A stretch of 58,527 nucleotides of DNA, counting the filler, from Basidioascus undulatus (lineage: Eukaryota), in assembly GCA_000826855.1 (NCBI GenBank). It is 4 parts of 4 records of this genome, joined end to end, with 100 filler letters (N's around TTAATTAATTAA, not from the genome) between each part and the next. Parts side by side here need not be neighbours in the genome. Positions count along the whole stretch, not along the records: positions 1 to 9,518 come from JTLS01001248.1; positions 9,619 to 19,124 come from JTLS01001249.1; 2 more parts are not named here. One strand, given 5' to 3'. Below are positions 1-11,474 of this stretch, piece after piece. A model generated the notes under the pieces. That model was not told the DNA's origin, searched no databases, and saw only the letters and a program-made list of their open reading frames with translations. The position numbers and the translations under genes are program-made. Position 1 is the stretch's first letter, and each line of letters opens with the position of its first letter.

Positions 1-871
1 GGGGCGCGTCTGGCCTGGTGCGTCGTCTGCCGGGGGGCAGGCGACGCAGCTAGTTTATGTTTGGGCGGTGGGCGGAGAGGTTGAGCTGGGAGTAGGCGTC
101 TCGACGTCGTAAGGACGCTCGGGGCCGCCTTGTACGGCCTGGATGAAGCATGCCGAGGCAGTTTCTTACAGCAGCAACTTTATTCTACTACTTTTTGGTC
201 ACCGAGGATATCGTGCTTGGGCGCTGTTCTGAGCATGATGGCAGACGGAAATGAAGCAAGCAGCATTCGCGTCAGTCACACCACTCACTCACTTCCTTGC
301 AACCCTTGTTGATGGTAGATGTTTCTACGTTCAGGAATATCCACAGACCACACTGTCTCGCAGTAATAACTTCATAGGTAGGTAGCGTGGCAGCGCACGG
401 ATGAAGTGTCCAACAAGGGGACGGACGCTCGGAGAAGACGCAGGAAGAGCGTGCCGCATCGAGATGGCGGACACGCGGAGATGAGTTCGATCCGTTTTGC
501 CTATCTCCCGCACCGAAATCATAAAAAATGATCGCCAATTAACTACGGACAGCCCACTCACAGAAAGGAGCTGGTCGGCATGCATTGCAAAACGATCAAC
601 CACAAGGGCCTGCGCACGAGACAGGATTGACTGGTTGTGGATCCCCAAGTGCACTTGCAGGAATGTTGGAGATCCTTCATGTGACTCCCTCGTCAGACCC
701 CTTTCCCAGCTTGCCTCTCGGAGCACACAGGAAATGATACCGACGTGGCTCTGCGATCTGTTGTGTTCGGGCAACCATTCTGCTTGTTTTTTCCATCGAT
801 TCTTCACTCCACGAATGTTGCCCCCTCACATTCTCCCCGAAGACCCTTCGCCTAGTCCTGCAGATAGCGCA

Positions 872-3409
872 ATGGTGTGCGAGCACCACCAGGAGGCGCC
901 CGACCTCGAGAAGCAGACAAGCAGGATCGGCCTCGACGATGTCCCGCTTGACCCTCCGCCAGCACTGCGCAAGGCCGTAGAGCGGCTGGAGAGGGACCCG
1001 CACCTTGTGGAGTTTGGTGATGAGTCGGATATGGACAACCGGAGTGCATGCTTGTTTTGCTCATTTCCGCCAGTCGTGAAGAGCTGACCGGTCCGACGGG
1101 CTTGTCTCGCAGAGAACTGGTCGAAAGCCTACAAGTCGTACCTCACGCTCTTTACATGCTTAATCTTGTTGAATGCGTGCGTTTCATTACAAGACCGTCT
1201 TTCTGGCCACGATCGGGTTGCGGCATGCTCACACGCAGCACCTGTTCCTTCGACAGAACGTTCGCATCTTCCTCGCCATCAGCCGCTATACCAGACTTTG
1301 TCGAAACCTTCGAAGGTATGTTTTCTGCTTGCTTCCCTCCAAATTCCAATCGTATTGACATTAAACGTCCACATTCAGTTCCGACTGTTCTGGCCACATG
1401 TTCCATCAGGCAAACCTCCCTTGTTCCATTCCAGACCAACTTCGAACCTGACATTGGCTTGATCTCTCAACAGTTTCTTCATGTGCGGATAAGTGTTAGA
1501 TCCTTTGGTGTTCGGTCCATTGTCGAAAATCAAGGGGAGAAGGCCGCTGTTCCTCGTTTTATTCGGCGCGTACACGGTGCTCCAAGTCGGTTGCGCCCTA
1601 GCAAGAACATCGAGACACTGCTCGTTTGTCGCTTCCTTAGTATGTGGTTACACCCACTAGCTAACACAAGAAGTGCCGACAGGTGTCCTTCTGTTCACCT
1701 GGAACTTTCGCGGCCTGCCCGCTCACCAACTGTGGCGGAGTCTTGTCAGTACAGCGATTCACATTTCAGCCCTTACTGAGCCCAATGTCTCTTTACAGGA
1801 CCGACATCTGGGTTTCGCATGAGCGCGGAATGCGGATGACACTGTTCGCTCTTGCTCCCTTTCACCTCGGTCCACTCTGTGCCGGACACGTGAGTCCGCT
1901 GCTCTCATCCCTGCTACCGACCGTGGCTCACAGTCCAACGCTGCTGCCAGATAAGCATGACAGTAGGCTTTCTTTGGATCTTCTGTGTTCTCCAATATGT
2001 ACGTATTTTATTTTTCTCAATCCCTCGGCTTGTGTCATTTGTTGCTTAGCAACAGCGCAGTCACCGGCATCTGCTACGTGCCTGTGGTCTTCTTCCTCCC
2101 CGAGACGTACGGTCCCGTTCTCCTGAGCAGGAAAGCAGAGAGGCTCCGTCGCTCTACGGGGGACGACAAGCTCATCGCGGCGTCCGAACACGCTACCCGT
2201 TCATTCACTGAACTTCTGCGGGTCGCCCTCACGCATCCGCTGAAGATGCTGTTCACTGAACCGCTCGTGACGCTCACGTCACTCTATGTCGCTGTGTATA
2301 TGGCGTCGAGTACAGTGAGTGCCTTCACTCCTCTCGTGTTGGCAAAGAGCTTATCAGTACATGCGACAGTGTTGTTCGAGGCTTATCCAAGTTTGTAGAG
2401 TTCCGTTGAGCTGGCTTGCACAGAACTTGTAACTCACTCAGTGGGGACCCACTCCAGTGTTGTTCGATGTCAGTAACTCCAAAAAGCCTTTCTTGGAAGT
2501 ACAAGGCTAAAAGTCTGTGGAATGTCTTGCGAAAAGGTCATCCACGGCTGTAATCGGGGGTCGACTGGCCTTGCGTTCATCGGCTTCGGCATTGAGGTCG
2601 GGGTCGCGTTCGTCGTCGCCTACTTCAGTGATCAAAGCTTCAAAAATTTGGACGCCGAGAAAGGCGGACATGCTGCAGCCGAAGCCAGCTACCCCAGACA
2701 TTCCTGATCGGAGGGCCGGCATTGGTGATTGTAAGCTCGTTCTCACCTCGTGCACATCGTGCATGTACATGGATAGACTGACCGTGTCGTTATTTCCAGG
2801 GACTCTTCTGGTACTGCAACCTTTACTTACTTTGAAATTTTTGGTAGGGCTCAATCCTTCGTTTGACCTTCCAGGTTCGCGTGGACGTCGTTCAAGTCCG
2901 TGAATCCCTTCGCGCCCTTCACTGCTGGCATTCCACTCGGGACCGGCATCGTCATTTTGTTCACTAGCTTTCTGGATTACTTGACCGAGTGAGCGGAGTC
3001 CAACTTGCTTCACCAGACCTTCATGTCGACTGACAGATGGGCTCGCTTTTGCAGCTGCTACACGGAATACAGCGCCAATGCTCTGGGCAGCGAACGTCGT
3101 CTCCAGATCGTGCGCTGAATTTTCATCACCGTTGTCCAAGAATAACCACAAGCTGACTTTCTGCACTGAGCGGACTTAGGCTCTTTGCGGCTGCCTTTCT
3201 GCTTTTCTCCAAGGTCATGTTTGTATGCATGCACTGGGCCGGGGACGCTGTTGGGTTGCATTGGGACTGTCCTGCTTCCTGTTCCCTACTATTCTTGCTG
3301 CTGTGGTAAGACGCTTCGGGAAGGCAACCGATCGATTCGCCACAGCCATGGAGAGCTTTTGTTTCGTCGCATAGATAGCACTCCTACCTGTTGCTCAAAG
3401 TGCCTTTAG
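872..3409 (+). pseudogene. MFS drug:H+ antiporter (DHA1-like) pseudogene, multi-exon
   Basis: Fragments in different frames: DIWVSHERGMRMTLFALAPFHLGPLCAG, FFLPETYGPVLLSRKAERLRRSTGD..PLKMLFTEPLVTLTSLYVA, GSTGLAFIGFGI, TLLGCIGTVLLPVPY. All are typical DHA1 segments. Apparent frameshifts occur at ~2295 (VY/GVEY) and ~2685. Boundaries are approximate. Confidence 0.85.
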
Positions 3410-3817
3410 TGGCCACTAGCCACTGCGGCCGTTCAGGAGAGTGCTCTAAGTGTTCCCCGTCTCAGAAAGGGCATCCTAATGAGATTTATCGGAAGGAGTC
3501 AAAATCCAACGTGTAAAGTCGGGAGTATATCACAGCGGCTGGCAACTCGCTCGTGGGGACTCGCGACACGGACAAGTCAGTACCTTGGGTAGCAAACATT
3601 TCAGCGTCCTATTTGAGAACATTCATGCAATGAATTGTTTGGATTTTAACAGCGCAGAAGGTAGGAAACGGTATGCCCATGAAAGGAAATTGTATCAGTT
3701 GAGCGCCGAGTATTCTTACTTCGTGAGAGCGTAAGCCTTGCACCACTGGAATAGGTAAGGAAGGGCGAGGACGCCGTATGCCCGGATACCAAAGAAATGA
3801 GGATCCGGAAGTCGCAC

Positions 3818-3928
3818 CTTCTCATGATCTCTCGCCCAGTCCAGCCTATGATGCTCCTCCCCGCAATACGTTGTCCCCGTGCAGCGCTGGCAAGCCTTGT
3901 CCGCGGGCTCCCCGCAAACTTTGCACAT
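3818..3928 (-). pseudogene. MYND-type zinc finger exon (gene fragment)
   Basis: MCKVCGEPADKACQRCTGTTYCGEEHHRLDWARDHEK, followed by an AAG|GTGCG donor. The CxxC..CxxC..YC..DW..H pattern fits zf-MYND. No convincing downstream gene body was found. Confidence 0.65.
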
Positions 3929-4004
3929 CACCCGGTCTCGACGTACCGTTCCAGGTTCTGGAGCAAAGGCCAGGCGGCATGTCTGAGGGCAAGGGAGAAC
4001 AACG

Positions 4005-4740
4005 ATGATGTCCCTTCGGGCGCTGTCGATACCGGGTGGGGCAATTCGCGCGACAGACGTCCGCACGCGATCCGACGCGGTTTCATCGCCTCCCTCAGAG
4101 GGGTGTGTGGCGGGACTCCTTGTCTGCGAGCGGTTGAAGTCGACCATGGAGCCTATCTTCTACCGCACGATAAGGATAAGGACCACGGGACAGCGTGATG
4201 CACTCTGCTCATACGGCATCAAGTGAGGCGCCGCTTCCTGCAGCTCCCTCATCCTTCAGAGCGCATCTCAGCGCATCGCGACTCCTCTGATGTCCCGCAG
4301 CTGCTCCAACTTGCGTTATATGAGCTTAAGACTGGACTGAAATACCAGTCGGAGCTCCTGCAAGGCTCTGAACGAAGCGCTGCGCCAGCTGCGTCCAACA
4401 GAGCTTGTCTTTCTCGTTCTGGTCGGGCGCCGCTCCGGTGTGCGTCGACAAGGTCATTACGCCTGCGATACTCGACCTAAGCCTAATTGAGGACCTCGTG
4501 GTCCGGTTGTTCCTCTTCCATCGAAATGACCTCTACACCTTCGAATTGCTTACAAAGAATCCATACGTGAAAAGCATTGCTTTAACCTCCCCACCACCGT
4601 TTCCACCATTCATTAATCCAAAAAGTGCGGCTGGGGGCCCATGGGCGGCTGGCCTCGCGTCGAAGTCGTGGAGAACAAGAGAGAGCTGGGTGATGCTTGA
4701 CCCTTGTGCTTGCGAGCTATGTAGCTGGGCTGTGACATGA
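4005..4740 (+). pseudogene. Degenerate F-box-like hypothetical protein remnant
   Basis: LLVCERLKSTMEPIFYRTIRIRT resembles the 'LV.R....EP.LYR.I.I' end of basidiomycete F-box-like domains. The rest is split over several short ORFs. Confidence 0.35.
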
Positions 4741-5392
4741 CCTGTTCTGTGGAGGCCTATCATTTGAATGATCAGGTAAAACTCGTTGTAGAGATGTGTG
4801 ACTGTCCTGGAAAGGCGTAAACTCCCGCCCACAGGAAAGGCCGTTATACTGTAATCTCTTTCAATCGCCATATTGGCCTTTCGCGTAGGTAAGGGCAGCG
4901 AATAGTCTAGGGCCGGGATCTACCGGTGTCGGTAAACATCCAGCTGTGTCCACCATTTGGAAGAGAAAGTCTTGTGGGGACAAGACGCTGGACTGTGCGT
5001 GTGCGCTCTTGTGCGCAGTGCTTTCCGCTTCGAGTAATCGCGCAGAGTATGCTGTTGAAAAGTTCCACCAGGGGCCGTGGGACTGTCCGGAAAGTGCAGT
5101 ACGAAACAAAGAACATAGTCTCGATCCTCCTCTGCCGGTCCATCCGTAGCTGCCCCCCCAATCCCCTGCACCCCGAGATCCTCCTGATCCTTTGCTATGA
5201 ATCATGACTTGGTCATGGACGGTCGAGTGCAACACATCAACCCGATGGCGGAATTTTGAGAAAACCCTTTTTGGAGACCTGACCTTAAAGTCAGCTTCGC
5301 ACTTTGTGATCGCACAGAAACCAGCTCTCGATGGGCATCAAAGCTCACCTTGGGACTCCCCTATGTAGGTAAACATGAAGAACAAAGTTCTA

Positions 5393-5665
5393 TCACCTCG
5401 CCGAATTCCTCCCGACTCCCACCGGCGAACTCTCGCGCGAAGTGCGCCTAGCCAGGGCCTCGGCAGGCGCCAACTTGTTCCCGAGCAGGGCGCGGAGCAG
5501 CGACGGTTTCTTGGCGTGCCCGCCGTCCAGGCTTTCGTACGCCGGCGGGTTGAGGTTTTCGAGAGTGTTGTAGGCCGGTGGAGGTCCGCGAGCTGGAGAT
5601 ACGCTACGCTCGGAGGAAGCGGAGCGGCGCGGAAGGACGGCGGGGGTGGATGCAGTAGTGGGCAT
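5393..5665 (-). CDS. Small (90 aa) protein with two PPxY (PY) motifs
   Basis: GC-rich ORF MPTTASTP...GPPPAYNTLENLNPPAYESL... It has a pyrimidine-rich leader and a TATA-like element ~95 nt upstream. Confidence 0.55.
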   Translation of the reverse strand: MPTTASTPAVLPRRSASSERSVSPARGPPPAYNTLENLNPPAYESLDGGHAKKPSLLRALLGNKLAPAEALARRTSRESSPVGVGRNSAR

Positions 5666-5758
5666 GGTGGTGGATGCGGTGTGCAGATGGATGGCTCTCG
5701 AAAGAAAAGGCGGTGCAAGATGAGGTGAAGTCGGGTGTCAAGCAGGAAGAAGCAGTTG

Positions 5759-5768
5759 CTATATAAAT
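5759..5768. promoter_or_regulatory. TATA-like element (ctatataaat) upstream of the PPxY ORF
   Basis: TATATAAA in GC-rich context, ~95 nt from the ATG at 5665 (minus strand). Confidence 0.4.
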
Positions 5769-7010
5769 TCGGTCTGAGCGGGCTTCCCTTGCAAGCCCGG
5801 AAGCACGATCCTCGGATCCTCAAGTTCCTGACTCAGCCCCGCAATGACTAACCTGTTTGCCAAGGCTGGTTACTATACGTATTTTGTTGAATTGCTATGT
5901 ATTTTGATTCCCAGGACAGTTTCGAGTAAACCGCAGCGTTCAAGATCGGGAAAGTTGGTGGAATGAAAGGCTGCCGATGACTCAACACGACTCCGAACCT
6001 TGCATTTCAAGGTCATTTGGAGGAGCACGGGAACATTGTTTGCTCTGCACTATTCTGAATTCAGACTCTCCAACGGTTGGTAACTCCTGAGAACGACGAG
6101 GGCTGAGTTGAAGAGATGGACCTCCACAGCCGTGGCTGAGACAGTCAGAGCGGTGCATTCACTTAAAGGTTTACAAGGTGGAGCGGAAGCCCGTGATGAG
6201 GACGATCCTCTGCGGAGTGAAGTCGAATGCACACTCCCATGCAATGCAAAACTATGAGGTTTGAAATCGTTTTCCATCAGCCTAGGAAGTGCTACCGCAG
6301 GGAGGTACCCGCCAAGTCCGTCCTGCCGTTCTGGGTCCTCCGAAGGGCAAAAGACCAAAGAGCGGCATCTTCCCGCCTTCTTTTACTGCCCCGGTGAAAA
6401 AAACAAGCACACTGCAATGTGCATTGGTTGCGCCGTTACTGTTTGACAACCCTGTTTGAATGGGCCCGTTATTTCCCTAGACATGAAGTCTCAGCCCATG
6501 CACCGCCCTCCGAAGCCCTGCGTGTAGTGCACCTGAACGTCGTTCCTGGGTTACTTGAAGTGGCCCGCGGGCATGTGTGCTGTTTAAGAGAGATTGTACT
6601 TTCACAGGCAGCTGCCTTCAGCTTTCCGCCACAACCTACCGCCACTACGCTCAAGCTCCGACCATCTGGAAAAGCTTTTAAGACATGAGGCACTGCATTT
6701 TCCCCTCTTTCACTCATACCAAACCGGCGTTTGTAATATCGCGGTACAATGCAGCACTTGGGCAACCATCGAACCCTGGCGGATAACTCTGTGGGCGGTC
6801 CGCGGCTTCTCTTCCAGGCGGTGCCTTCGACAGGAAGACTTGAGAGTCACAGCCACGGCAGAAAAATCCCGAATCCACACAGGTAGGTATCCTGTCGACA
6901 AGAGCGCACATAGCGCAGATCCTTGACCGCTCCACACAATCACGTTTTTTCAACTTGCACATTCGCCACTGCCACTCAACACCTTCACACGGAAACCCCT
7001 GTAAAACACC

Positions 7011-7553
7011 ATGTCCCGCACCCCTTCCACTCCCCAGACCCCAAACCAATGCGCCAACCCCACCAGGAAGCACTCATCCAAATCCACCGCCTCGCTCCAG
7101 CCCCAGCTGGATGTTCTCGACTTTCACGTCGGGCTCCTGCCAGCACGCTCCTCGGCAGCACCCCCATCGCGGCCTTCCCAATTGCCTCCCTGCAGCTGCG
7201 CCCGGCCGATTCTACGCACTCTTGCGCGTCCAAGAGAACCCAAACGCTCCTCGACTCCAGCCTGTCGGGTGCGGTCGTGGACCCGCTCGAGTGCAAGCTG
7301 TGCGACAAGCTCAGGGTCGGGCGCAAGGATGTCGACGCTGCGAGGCGGGCGATGGACCCGCGCAAGAAGAGCGTGCGAGGGGAAGGGGAAAGATATGGCG
7401 AACAAGGTTGAGAAGGAGGTGGAGGAGGCCAAGAGGAAGTACGGGGGGTGGACGTGGTTGGTAACGGATGAGGCGGAGGTGGGGAGGCTGTTGGAGGGCG
7501 TGGAGGGGACCAAGCCCGACAAGGAGTTCCTTCGCAAGCTGGGCCTTCTTTAA
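7011..7553 (+). CDS. Hypothetical protein, possibly frameshifted
   Basis: GC-rich coding-like island. The C-terminus ANKVEKEVEEAKRKYGGWTWLVTDEAEVGRLLEG..KLGLL looks protein-like. The middle reads better in another frame (DPLECKLCDKLRVG). Confidence 0.45.
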   Translation: MSRTPSTPQTPNQCANPTRKHSSKSTASLQPQLDVLDFHVGLLPARSSAAPPSRPSQLPPCSCARPILRTLARPREPKRSSTPACRVRSWTRSSASCATSSGSGARMSTLRGGRWTRARRACEGKGKDMANKVEKEVEEAKRKYGGWTWLVTDEAEVGRLLEGVEGTKPDKEFLRKLGLL

Positions 7554-7559
7554 ATTGAG

Positions 7560-9518
7560 TTGTCTGGATTCAGGTTCTATTGATACGGCAAACATCATCT
7601 GACATTGTAGAAGCACTATAGCGGCGAGGGCGGGGAGTGAGAGGTTTGCCTGCTGCTGCACATCTTGCTTGCTTTTGTGTCTTCCGCTGCCTGCTTGAGC
7701 TGAATTGAAGTATATTTCTTGAACCAATTGAATAAAAATGCCTCCTTTCCTTTCAGCTGCCCATGTTATCTCGTTGAGAAAAGTAACTGTAGACTGCCGA
7801 CTCCGACGCAGAATGCCCGCAGTGTGGGAGCTGGTTTGCTCGCAGTCCCCCTATGAGCTTTTTGGAGCTCTCTGCCATGTCTTGTCGCAGGGTTTACAGC
7901 AATGCACCGGCACAGAAAGAACCCTGTTTTCCAAAAGCAAGTTGGCCAGTCGAGCAGAAGATTCTGGCCGTGTGGAACGGCAGTGCGCCGTGTCCTTTAG
8001 GTAGATTTGCCATGTGCGCCGGTTATATGCCGTGGAAGTTGGTCTGCATAGCTTTGCATCCAAGGTCTTGTTGCCGTAGTACATGTTGCCGGCCTGGGTG
8101 GGCAACACGGCAGCGATGTTCTTTGGCATTTTGTTTCTTGTTTGCCAACAAGATGGGTTTCAGCCTCCACGTAACCCCGCACACCCTCCATTCTAATCAA
8201 TGCACTAGAGCCGAAAGCCCAGCCTAGTAATTTTGAATGAGGTCTGGTTGGAGACCACCTCCACCGTCCCTCCTGGCCACCCCTCTTTATGGGCTTTGAG
8301 ATTTTATTGATCGCTCTTAGTGCTCCCTGGATACTTAAATACCCCACTTCACCTCTTTGTTCCATTTCTCTTCCATCTTCTTCTATTTGCTTCCATGTAT
8401 TGCAAATGGTATAAACTGTTTAAACGGTTGCAGGCTTGCGCTTAGCGACAACCGGGAAAGGACTGTCGGAGGGCCATGCTATGTACTGATTCTGGCTGTG
8501 TTACACCACAAAGCTCAAATTTTGGTGTATATATTGTTCCTGATGTACCGTATCAGTCTGTATCTTGTGTAAGAACCTGTAACTGCTACTATGTGGGTGT
8601 TGATTGGCACCCCAGCCGCACGGGTGCAGAAATGTCTACTTAAGAACTCCTCTGTGAAGCAGTTAGGGAAGGGTATGAAAATCTTGAATGATGAGGGGAA
8701 GTGATAATACATTTGAAATAATTGAGCTATGCAGGAAAGCACATGGGCAACAACATCAGTGACAAGGAACTGCACTGAAGTCGACGTTGTCGGTGTGCAA
8801 TGTATCTCACCTCCTCCTTGTTCTTGCCTTTGGGACTACCGGTAGCTTCAGAAGTTCCAACTACATAGGTTTATGGTTTTCACCTGACACATCAGCCTGT
8901 CAGAGCTCATCAGGACCGCGCTTGAAGATGTCTTCTTTTGTCCAGGCAGCAGTGCACAGAACCAGCTGTGCTTACCATCAAAGAGTATGCAAGCGTTTCT
9001 TTTTCTAATTTCATATCAAGGAGGCTTTGTAGATGTGCTAGTAGTGTCCAAGAACAAATGGGACATTGAACCTGGTTGAGGCAAGCACCAGCTGAACCTG
9101 CTGGGGCGCTTGTACACACAATCAAATTTTCATCAATGCAAACAGTTTGTAAACTGTTTGTAAATGGTTAGAGACGTTTATTGCCGTTTCCGTTTATTTT
9201 CTTACCAAAGTGCAAATGAAAACTAAATGGTGAGACCCTTGGGCGCGAGCGGGAGGTTCTCGGTCGTATTTGAGGTATGCAACGGATCTCCAGGATAGCT
9301 AAAACGCTGAAGTCGAGGTGAGAGCACGAGATATTACGAGTACTGTCGAGGCCTCGGTTAGTGTCGTTTCTGAAAATCAGGCCAGGCGCGTGCCCACACA
9401 CAAAGGTGCGACGTTCGGCTGCGGCGGTTCTGGCTGACGAGTCTCCCTGTCGAAGAATTGCGAGTTCGATCGAATTCGAAGAGTCGCGAGCCGCCCCCCC
9501 CCCCTTTTTTTTTTTTTT
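7560..9518. mobile_element. Probable degenerate transposon relic
   Basis: By eye, lower GC and CpG-poor, with no long ORF. Degenerate aaacngtttg repeats occur at ~8403-8432 and ~9139-9196. The region ends in homopolymers at the contig end. Family not identifiable. Confidence 0.35.
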
Positions 9519-9618
9519 NNNNNNNNNNNNNNNNNNNNNNNNNNNNNNNNNNNNNNNNNNNNTTAATTAATTAANNNNNNNNNNNNNNNNNNNNNNNNNN
9601 NNNNNNNNNNNNNNNNNN
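9519..9618. other. Artificial contig-join spacer (44 N + TTAATTAATTAA + 44 N)
   Basis: All-frame stop linker at 9563-9574 flanked by Ns. The identical structure recurs three times in the window. Confidence 0.97.
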
Positions 9619-10512
9619 TCCCAACCCTGCCTCCTCGCCCTCCTCCCCCCTACCGACCCCTCCTACCCCTCATCCCTCACCACTTACACCTCCCTCCTCT
9701 CCACCCTGCGCTCCCTCGCCAGCTCCGTCCCCTCGCTGCAGATTCTCCACTCCACGCCAGACGAGGTGGTCCACAAGGCCCTGCCGGACCTGAGCACCGA
9801 CTACCCCGCCTTTGCCTGCGTGGCGGGGGAGAAGTACCGCGCGCATGTGGGGCATGCGGACGTGGAGGCGCTCAAGGAGTTTGTGGGGAAGTGCGCGCGC
9901 GCGCAGGCGCTGGGCAAGGACATGTGGTTCGCCAAGGCGCGGCAGCCGGAGTTTGGGGAGTTGGTGAAGGGCGCGGGCGCAGCCAAGTCCGCTGCTTCCA
10001 CTGCGTCCGTCTCCGCTAGCTCCGCTACCGAGGTCGCGAAGGATGCTGCGTCCTCCGCTGCGGCTGCAGCGAGCGAGACCCTCGCTGACGCGGCCGAGCA
10101 CGCGTCCGTGTCCGCCTCTTCTGCTGCCGACGCTGCCAAGTCGACCCTCGCCGCCACCGTCTCCGCCGCAACCGACGCAGCCGCATCCGGCGCATCCGAT
10201 GCGTCCGTCTCCGCCTCCTCCGCTACCGAAGTAGCCAAGGACGCAGCGCCCTCCGCCGCCTCCGGCGCGAGCGGGACCCTCGCTGACGCCGCGGGGCACG
10301 CGTCCGTCAGTGCCTCGTCCGCCGCGCACGCTGCGAAGTCCACCCTCGGCGCCGCTGCGGAGGGTGCGAAGGACGCCGCCTCGTCTGCCTCCTCCGTAGC
10401 GCACGCCGCCTCCGCCGCGACAGGGCAGGCGAAGGCGAAGGTTGCGGGCGGCGTGCGGGACGCGGCGGAGGGGGTCAGGGAGGGCGGCGAGTGGGTGCGG
10501 GACGAGCTGTAG
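9619..10512 (+). CDS. 5'-truncated probable ER-resident protein with Ala/Ser-rich repeat tail and C-terminal RDEL
   Basis: Open frame from the contig edge to TAG at 10512, ending ..EWVRDEL. A globular segment (YPAFACVAGEKY..VEALKEFV) precedes the repeats. Confidence 0.8.
   Translation, partial: SQPCLLALLPPTDPSYPSSLTTYTSLLSTLRSLASSVPSLQILHSTPDEVVHKALPDLSTDYPAFACVAGEKYRAHVGHADVEALKEFVGKCARAQALGKDMWFAKARQPEFGELVKGAGAAKSAASTASVSASSATEVAKDAASSAAAAASETLADAAEHASVSASSAADAAKSTLAATVSAATDAAASGASDASVSASSATEVAKDAAPSAASGASGTLADAAGHASVSASSAAHAAKSTLGAAAEGAKDAASSASSVAHAASAATGQAKAKVAGGVRDAAEGVREGGEWVRDEL
10003..10400 (+). repeat. Coding tandem repeat, 99-nt (33-aa) period with 198-nt higher-order duplication
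   Basis: ASVSASSA starts at 10003, 10102, 10201 and 10300. Units 1/3 (..TEVAKDAA) and units 2/4 (..AAKSTL) are most alike. Confidence 0.9.
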
Positions 10513-11474
10513 GCTTTTCTGGTTGGCTGGGTTGGGCTGTTGGTTGGAATGACAGTGCGATGGATGGATGGGTTGAGGATTGAGACGGGAGATGAATGAA
10601 GGAATGAAGGAATGAAGAGTGGTTTGCTGGGGATCGGAGGGCGGCGGCGGGCTATGGGCTACGAGGATGGGAGGAAAGGAAGCCAGAAAGGACTGCCTGG
10701 TCCAGCAGATTTGCAGTGGACTCAATGACAGTCACTCACATTGTGCAACATGAGCTCGCTTGATGCTCCGACCTTTCAGCGGCGCCTACTCCGCTCCGTG
10801 GAATGATTGTTTGTAGTGGTACGCTTTGGTGTACAAGCTGATCTATTTGTTCTTTAAAGCGACAACTGATTCAGGGCATCCCACAACCTCGCCCCGCAGG
10901 ACTGTACAATCATTTGGATCCGCGTGCGACTCGCCGCACCAAACAGGAACACCTCCCTCTCATTCTCTTCCACCACCAGCCCCACCTTCTCACTCTCCTC
11001 ACCTCCAAATGCTGTCGGTGTCTCCCGTAAACATGTTGAAGCCTTTTCCTGAACATCGTTGCGCAGTACTGTTTCGGTCACGTTTACATTTGTTTCCGCT
11101 TGTTCAGTGTGTCGGGGTTCAGCCACCGGACTGCTGGCTTTGAAATTATTATCTGGTTCGTCCTTTAAGTGAGAGTCCCAAGCAAAAATGCAGAGCGCCT
11201 GGAGACTGTCGCTTGGCCGTGAGACGGTTTGAAAACCACACTGCTGAAGCACTTGCCAGCGCCATGGCATGGAGCAACTGCAGCCTTCTGTTACTTCTCT
11301 CATTTGATATTCCACCGCTGACGCTCAAAAGAGTGCCATTCGGAGAGGTGTGGAAACTGTGAGCCCTGCCTTGCGAAGGCTGTGAAACACTAGGTCACCA
11401 AGATCCACGTCGAAGACACCGAGCTCGACAGCGTCCCCAACTCAACGCACGCACAGCACACTCTTCAAACAGCA

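Noticed and set aside
6050..6950. Possible retroelement or gene remnant
   Set aside because: No reverse-transcriptase, integrase or other family motif could be read.
9563..9574. TTAATTAATTAA as a biological site or TSD
   Set aside because: It is embedded in N runs with identical geometry three times, so it is a synthetic linker.
9670..10725. 351-aa Gly/Arg-rich minus-strand ORF
   Set aside because: It is the antisense of the Ala/Ser repeat gene.
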